A stretch of 64,000 nt of DNA, from assembly GCA_963805625.1 (NCBI GenBank), contig CAWDVE010000016.1:1-64000 (forward strand), read 5' to 3'. The notes under the pieces are model-generated. The model was not told where the DNA came from, ran no database searches, and worked only from the letters and a program-made list of their open reading frames with translations. Origin of the DNA: an uncultured Candidatus Rokubacteria bacterium. Lineage in GTDB: Bacteria; Methylomirabilota; Methylomirabilia; Rokubacteriales; DASRDR01. Numbering within the stretch: position 1 is the first letter of the stretch; every line of letters starts with the position of its first letter. Shown one piece after another: positions 58,576 through 64,000 of the stretch. Both the position numbers and the translations under genes were made by a program.

Positions 58576-60384
58576 ATGAGCTCGGGCGAGGCTGCGGTGT
58601 CGCGGCGGGCCCGCCGGCCGCCCCTCCGGCTGCCGTGGGCCCCGCTCCTGCCGGCGCTCGGCTTCCTGGCGGTCGTCTTCGTCTACCCGGTGCTCCAACT
58701 CCTGTGGCTCTCCGTTGTGGACCGGAGCGGCGCGCTGACCGGGGCCCACTACGCGCGCCTGGCGGCGACGCCGGTGTACGCCCAGGTGCTCCTCATCACG
58801 TTCAAGATCGCGGCCTGGACCACCGGGCTCTGCATCCTGGGCGGCTACCCGGTGGCCTACGTCCTGGCCACCGCCGGAGCCCGCTGGCGCGGCGTACTGA
58901 CCCTCTGCGTGCTGCTCCCCTTCTGGACGAGCTTCCTCGTCCGGACGTTTGCCTGGATCGTGCTCCTCGGGCGCAACGGCGCGGTGAACGGCCTACTTCA
59001 GGCGATGGGCGTGATCGACGCTCCGACCGAGCTGATCTACAACTTCACCGGCGTGATGATCGGGATGACGCACGCCCTCATGCCGCTCGGCGTGCTGACG
59101 ATGGTGGCGGTGATGGAGAGCATCGATCCGAACCTGGGCCGGGCGGCGGCGACGCTCGGTGCGCGCGGCGGGCAGGCGTTCTGGCGCGTCTATTTTCCCC
59201 TGTCGCTGCCCGGAGTGGCCGCGGCCGGCCTGCTGGTCTTCATTACCGCGCTCGGCTTCTTCATCACGCCCGCACTCCTGGGTGGCCGCCGCGAGACGAT
59301 GATCACGCAGATCATCATCGAGCAGGTCCAGGACCTCCTGAACTGGGCGTTCGCGGGAGCGATCTCACTCCTCCTGCTGGTCTCGGCGATGATCGTCTTC
59401 TACCTCTACGACCGGGCGCTCGGCATGTCGACGCTCGCCGGTGAGGCCCCGCCCGATCGCCGGAGCGGCCGCGGCAACTCCATCGGCCGGGTCGCCGCGT
59501 GGGCTGGCTGGCGCGTGGCGGGAGGGATCGGCTGGCTCGCCGATCGCCTGGCAGACGCCCGCGAGCGAGTGTTCCCGGCGCGCGCCGACCGTCCCGGCCG
59601 GCGGTGGGGGCGCGGCCTCCAGTGGGTCACGGCGCTCCTGGTCATCGCCTTCCTCGTGCTCCCGGCATTCTTCATCGTGCCCGTCTCGTTCACGACCGAG
59701 GCGTTCATCGAGTGGCCGCCGCGGGGCTTCACGCTCCGGTGGTACGAGGTCTACCTCGGGTCCCGGCAGTGGATCGGGGCGACCGTCCGATCGTTCGGGG
59801 TGGGGGTCGCCACCGCAGCCCTGGCGATGCTGATCGGCACGCCGGCCGCGTTCGTCCTCGCCCGGCGGAGCATCCCGGGGCGGACGGCGGCCCTGGCACT
59901 CGTCCTGTCCCCGCTCATCATCCCGCGCATGATCATCGCCGTCGCCCTGTTCTACCTTTACGCCCGCGTGGGGCTGGTCGGCTCGCCGCTCGGCCTGGTG
60001 CTCGGCCACACGGTGCTGGCCGTGCCCTACGTGATCGTCACCGTGATGGCGGTGCTGAAGACGTACGACGAGCGGCTCGATCACGCCGCCTGGAGCCTGG
60101 GCGCCAGTCGCCCGCGCACGATCTGGCACGTGACCTTTCCCCTGATCCGCGCCGGGCTGATCGCCGCCTTCCTGTTCGCGTTCGTCACGTCCTTCGACGA
60201 GCTGACGATCGCCCTGTTCGTGACCGGTGGGCTGGCCACCACGCTCCCGAAGCAGATGTGGGACGAGGCGCTCTTCAAGGTCACGCCGACCCTCGCGGCG
60301 GTGTCCGCTATCCTGCTCGTCTTCGTCACGGTGATGATCGTGCTCGCGGAGTACTTTCGCCAGCGCGCCGTCCGCGCGACCTGA
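58576..60384 (+). CDS. Fused PotB-PotC ABC permease
   Basis: Two consecutive permease domains (PFWTSFLVR; WPPRGFTLRWY...TSFDE). Confidence 0.92.
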   Translation: MSSGEAAVSRRARRPPLRLPWAPLLPALGFLAVVFVYPVLQLLWLSVVDRSGALTGAHYARLAATPVYAQVLLITFKIAAWTTGLCILGGYPVAYVLATAGARWRGVLTLCVLLPFWTSFLVRTFAWIVLLGRNGAVNGLLQAMGVIDAPTELIYNFTGVMIGMTHALMPLGVLTMVAVMESIDPNLGRAAATLGARGGQAFWRVYFPLSLPGVAAAGLLVFITALGFFITPALLGGRRETMITQIIIEQVQDLLNWAFAGAISLLLLVSAMIVFYLYDRALGMSTLAGEAPPDRRSGRGNSIGRVAAWAGWRVAGGIGWLADRLADARERVFPARADRPGRRWGRGLQWVTALLVIAFLVLPAFFIVPVSFTTEAFIEWPPRGFTLRWYEVYLGSRQWIGATVRSFGVGVATAALAMLIGTPAAFVLARRSIPGRTAALALVLSPLIIPRMIIAVALFYLYARVGLVGSPLGLVLGHTVLAVPYVIVTVMAVLKTYDERLDHAAWSLGASRPRTIWHVTFPLIRAGLIAAFLFAFVTSFDELTIALFVTGGLATTLPKQMWDEALFKVTPTLAAVSAILLVFVTVMIVLAEYFRQRAVRAT

Positions 60385-60394
60385 GGAGGTGCCC

Positions 60395-61471
60395 ATGCCC
60401 CCGCTCCTCTCCGACGACGCCTGGCCGCTCGCGCGCCGGTCCACGACCATCGCGGGCCTGTGGGCGCTTCAGTACGCGGCCCTCCAGCTCACGCTCCTCC
60501 GGGAGAAGGGCGAACCCGCGCTGACCGAGTTCAAGTACCGGATCCTCCACATGCACCACAAAGCGCACTTCGTGGACGGCCTCCGGAAGCTCGGGATCGC
60601 CCGCGACCTGCCGCCGGCGGTGATCGCCGGGCGCTACCACTACCTGTCCAATCAGGTGGGTGGCCTCGGCATGGAGTACGTGGAGGAGTCGCCGCGGAAG
60701 GTCTGGATTCGCTACCTGGCGCCGTCCTGGGGATTCCCGGGCGCCGGGCTGTTCGCGGTGCCGGCGCGCTCCGCCCGCGCAGTGTTCGCCGGCTGGCACG
60801 CCCACAACGGGGCGTCGCTCGGGTGCCCCCGGCTCGGCTTCGTCCTGACCAAGCTCTACCAGGAAGGCGAGCCGTACGACGAGGGCTACTTCGAGGAGCA
60901 CGACCGCGACCTGGCGTCCGACGAGCGGCTCCAGTTCCGGACGGTCACGAGGTCGCCGGATTTCGATCCGGCCCGGGCGCCGAGGCTCGATCCAGCGGCC
61001 TGGCCGGAGGAGCGGCGCCACCGGGCCAACCGGAACTTCGCCCGGGGCTACGTCGAGGACGGCATCCGGACCCTGGTCGAAATGCTGGGCGTCCATGCTG
61101 GTTGCGCGATCGTTGCCCAGGCGCTCCGGGCCGTCGCCATCCAGACCCACCACGAGCTGATTGCCACGCTCGGGGCCGCGGGCGAGGGCGCTCGGGGGCT
61201 CGCCCGCTTCCTCGCGTGCCTCGCCGAACTGGCCGGCGAGGAGGTCGACTGCCGCGAGGAGCGACCGGGGCGCTGGGTGATCGAGCGCACCTCGCGGCTC
61301 CTCGCCGGCGGCGACGTCCCGGCCGAGGTCCATCACGCCCTCTTCGCCTTCCCAGCGATGTGCGCCAGGCTCCAGGGTGCCCGGGTCCGGCTCGCCGTGG
61401 CGGCGCTCCGGGCAGAGGGCGCGCCGCGCGACACGTGGATCGTGGAGGACGTCCGGGAGCGGCTCTTCTGA
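60395..61471 (+). CDS. Conserved hypothetical protein
   Basis: GAGGAGG RBS, operonic position, motif RYHYLSNQVGG...EYVEESPRKVWIRY. Confidence 0.75.
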   Translation: MPPLLSDDAWPLARRSTTIAGLWALQYAALQLTLLREKGEPALTEFKYRILHMHHKAHFVDGLRKLGIARDLPPAVIAGRYHYLSNQVGGLGMEYVEESPRKVWIRYLAPSWGFPGAGLFAVPARSARAVFAGWHAHNGASLGCPRLGFVLTKLYQEGEPYDEGYFEEHDRDLASDERLQFRTVTRSPDFDPARAPRLDPAAWPEERRHRANRNFARGYVEDGIRTLVEMLGVHAGCAIVAQALRAVAIQTHHELIATLGAAGEGARGLARFLACLAELAGEEVDCREERPGRWVIERTSRLLAGGDVPAEVHHALFAFPAMCARLQGARVRLAVAALRAEGAPRDTWIVEDVRERLF

Positions 61472-62553
61472 TGTTCCTCCTCGAGCACGAGGCGAAGACG
61501 CTCCTGGCGCGGTTCGGGATGCCGGTCCCGCGCGGGGTGGTGATGGTCGACCCGGCGGCGCCGCTTCCGCTGTCGCCGCCAGTCGCCGTGAAGGCCCAGG
61601 TGCCCACCGGCGGCCGCGGGAAAGCCGGCGGGGTGCGCCTCGCGGACTCCGCGGCGGAGGCGCGGGCGCACGTGACGGCCCTGCTCGGCTCAACGCTGCT
61701 GGGGCACCATGTTCAGAGCGTGCTAGTCGAGGAGCGCGTGCCGGCCGAGCGCGAGGGCTATCTCGCGATCGTCCTCGATCGCGCGGCTCGCGGGCCGGTG
61801 CTGGTCGCGAGCGACGCCGGGGGCGTGGACGTCGAGACGAGCGGCGACGCGCTGCGGCTCGCGATCCATCCGTTCCTGGGCGTGCAGTCCTACGCCGTGC
61901 GACGGGTGTCGACCCGGCTCGGCGCCCCGATGGGGCCCGTGCTCGAGGCGCTCTGGCGCTGCTTCACCGGGCTCGAGTGCGAGCTGGTGGAGGTGAACCC
62001 CCTGGCCCTCGGCCCCGGCGGGCGCGGGGTGGCGCTCGACGCGAAGATCGTCGTCGACGACCGCGCGCGGGCGCGGCACCCGGAGCTGCCGGCGGGTCGG
62101 GCGGGGCCCGACCCGTTGGAGGCGGCGGGCGTCCGGCTCGGCGTGTACCCCGTCCGGATGGACGGCGCCATCGCGGTGGCCACCACGGGGGCAGGACAGC
62201 TCATGGCTACGCTCGACTACGTGCAGGCGCTCGGGGGGACGCTCGCCGGCGGCCTCGATCTCGGCGGGATCGTCGGCCATCGCCCGGCCGAGCTCGCGGA
62301 GGCGCTCGGGCTCGTGCGCGAGTTTTCCCCGCGGGCGGTCCTGCTGAACTCCTACGTGCGGACCTGGAAGAACGACGTCATCGCCGAGGCCCTGGTGAAG
62401 GCGATCGGCGACCTCCATCCCGGGTGCCCGATCGTGGCCCGGCTGGGCGGCAACCGGGCCGCCGAGGGCGAGGCGATCCTCGGGGCCGCCGGAATCGCGG
62501 TGACCCGCTCATTGGTCGAGGCGTGCCGGCTGGTCGTCGACGCGGTGCGGTAG
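61471..62553 (+). CDS. sucC: Succinyl-CoA synthetase beta-like (ATP-grasp) subunit, divergent
   Basis: LLEHEAK, KAQVPTGGRGKAGGV, EVNPL, LDAK, GAGQLMATLD, RLGGN. Confidence 0.8.
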   Translation: MFLLEHEAKTLLARFGMPVPRGVVMVDPAAPLPLSPPVAVKAQVPTGGRGKAGGVRLADSAAEARAHVTALLGSTLLGHHVQSVLVEERVPAEREGYLAIVLDRAARGPVLVASDAGGVDVETSGDALRLAIHPFLGVQSYAVRRVSTRLGAPMGPVLEALWRCFTGLECELVEVNPLALGPGGRGVALDAKIVVDDRARARHPELPAGRAGPDPLEAAGVRLGVYPVRMDGAIAVATTGAGQLMATLDYVQALGGTLAGGLDLGGIVGHRPAELAEALGLVREFSPRAVLLNSYVRTWKNDVIAEALVKAIGDLHPGCPIVARLGGNRAAEGEAILGAAGIAVTRSLVEACRLVVDAVR

Positions 62554-63434
62554 TGGCGATCCTCCTCGACGGCCGGTCGCGGATCGTCATCCAGGGGATC
62601 ACCGGGAACATCGGCACCAACTTCGCCCGCGAGACCAAGCGCCTGTACCCGGACGTCTTGGTCGCCGGCGTGACGCCGGGCCGCGGGGGCCAGAGCGTGG
62701 CCGGCGTCCCGGTCTACGACGTGGTGGCCGACGCGGTCAGCCGCCACGGCGCCGATGCCGCGCTCATCTGCGTCCCGCCCGCCGCGGTGAAGGACTCCGT
62801 CATCGAGGCGCTCGACGCGAGCATCCGGCTCGTCGCCGTCTATGCGGAGGGCGTGCCGCTCCACGACGCGGTCCAGCTGGTCGCCTACGCGCGCGCGGCG
62901 GGCGCGCGCCTCCTCGGGCCCAACGCCGCCGGCGTCCTCTCGCCGGGCAAGGCCGGAATGGGCGAGATCACGGAGGGCTACTTCCCGACCCGCCCGGGGC
63001 GGCTCGGCATCGTGTCGAAGAGCGGGAGCATCATGTACGAGACGGTGGCGCTGACCACCGACATCGAGGGGCAGAGCACGATGGTGTGCCTGGGGGGCGA
63101 CCCGATCCTCGGGACGACGTTCGCGGACGTGCTCCCGTTGTTCGAGGCCGATCCCGAGACCCACGCCGTGATCCTGGTCGGGGAGATCGGCGGCCCCGAC
63201 GAGCTGGCCGCCGCGGACTACGTCCGCGGGATGCGGACGCCGGTGGTGGCCTACGTGTGCGGTCACGCGGCGCCCCCCGCCCGTAAGATGGGCCACGCGG
63301 GGGCGATCGTGAGCGGCGGACGCGACACCGCGGCCGCGAAGAGCGAGGCACTCCGGGCGGCCGGGGTGCGGGTCGCGCGGACCTTGCCGGAGGTGCCGGC
63401 GCTCGTGCAGGCCGCGCTCGCCGGGGCCTGCTGA
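62553..63434 (+). CDS. sucD: Succinyl-CoA synthetase alpha-like subunit
   Basis: [37 protein letters not shown] phospho-His. Confidence 0.85.
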   Translation: MAILLDGRSRIVIQGITGNIGTNFARETKRLYPDVLVAGVTPGRGGQSVAGVPVYDVVADAVSRHGADAALICVPPAAVKDSVIEALDASIRLVAVYAEGVPLHDAVQLVAYARAAGARLLGPNAAGVLSPGKAGMGEITEGYFPTRPGRLGIVSKSGSIMYETVALTTDIEGQSTMVCLGGDPILGTTFADVLPLFEADPETHAVILVGEIGGPDELAAADYVRGMRTPVVAYVCGHAAPPARKMGHAGAIVSGGRDTAAAKSEALRAAGVRVARTLPEVPALVQAALAGAC

Positions 63435-63443
63435 GGAGGGACC

Positions 63444-64000
63444 ATGTACCAGCACATCCTGTTCGAGCGAAAGGGCCGCATCGCGGTCGTCGCCCTGAAC
63501 CGCCCCCGGGTGCTCAACGCGCTGAGCGTCGCGCTCAAGACCGAGCTGTCCGACGCGCTCGGCCGGATCCGCGCCGACGACGGGATCCGCGCGCTGGTCG
63601 TCACCGGGGCGGGGGACCGCGCGTTCAGCGCCGGCCAGGACCTCAACGAGGCCAAGGACCTGGACGGCCCCGGCGCGGAGGAGTGGGTACGGGAGTACGA
63701 GCGCCTCTACGACGACTTCCGGGCGCTCGACATCCCGATCATTGCCGCGGTGAACGGGTGGTGCATGGGGGCGGGCTGTCAGCTCGCCCTCCTGGCGGAC
63801 ATCCGGATCTCGTCGGAGACGGCCCGGTTCGGGATGCCCGAGGTCCGCGACGGCATCCCCGCCATCTTCGGCCTCGGCCTCCTCTGGAACCTGATCGGGA
63901 TGAGCCGGAGCCTCTACCTCGTGCTGAGCGGTGACACGCTCGATGCCGAGCAGGCCCTGGCGGCCGGGCTCACCGTGAAGGTCGTGCCCCAGGCGCGGCT
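63444..64000 (+). CDS. Enoyl-CoA hydratase/isomerase family protein (runs off the window)
   Basis: LNRPRVLNAL, RAFSAGQDL, IAAVNGWCMGAG, FGMPEV. Confidence 0.9.
   Translation, partial: MYQHILFERKGRIAVVALNRPRVLNALSVALKTELSDALGRIRADDGIRALVVTGAGDRAFSAGQDLNEAKDLDGPGAEEWVREYERLYDDFRALDIPIIAAVNGWCMGAGCQLALLADIRISSETARFGMPEVRDGIPAIFGLGLLWNLIGMSRSLYLVLSGDTLDAEQALAAGLTVKVVPQAR

Overview
This is a high-GC (about 70% by eye) bacterial accessory region. Gene content suggests a soil bacterium such as Ca. Rokubacteria, but that is inference only. In order, the window holds: (1) a large-serine-recombinase element inserted into an IS91-like transposase; (2) a sigma54 activator / NHLP-like small protein / cNMP-binding protein / AI-2E transporter locus; (3) a partly decayed metal and Mg2+ uptake block (CDF, mgtE, mgtA, OprB-type porin, pseudogenes, hicBA, IS remnant); (4) a 23-kb intact divergent catabolic cluster (two ABC systems, two M24 and two M20 hydrolases, two enolase-superfamily enzymes, LLM, cysteine hydrolase, SdhA/NadB-like flavoprotein, GntR); (5) a SNF2 helicase + YqhG-like pair with three TA-type modules; (6) a second catabolic cluster (DadA-like, hydantoinase A/B, ABC, SucCD-like, enoyl-CoA hydratase). 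The most striking unannotated signal is a non-coding module present three times in direct orientation (about 7.8, 43.3 and 48.2 kb). Each copy is a sigma70 promoter, only the 5' half of tRNA-Asp(GTC), a strong intrinsic terminator and tandem GGCATAG repeats. The copies show a compensatory D-stem change and appear to delimit tandem cargo islands with no tyrosine integrase in the window.
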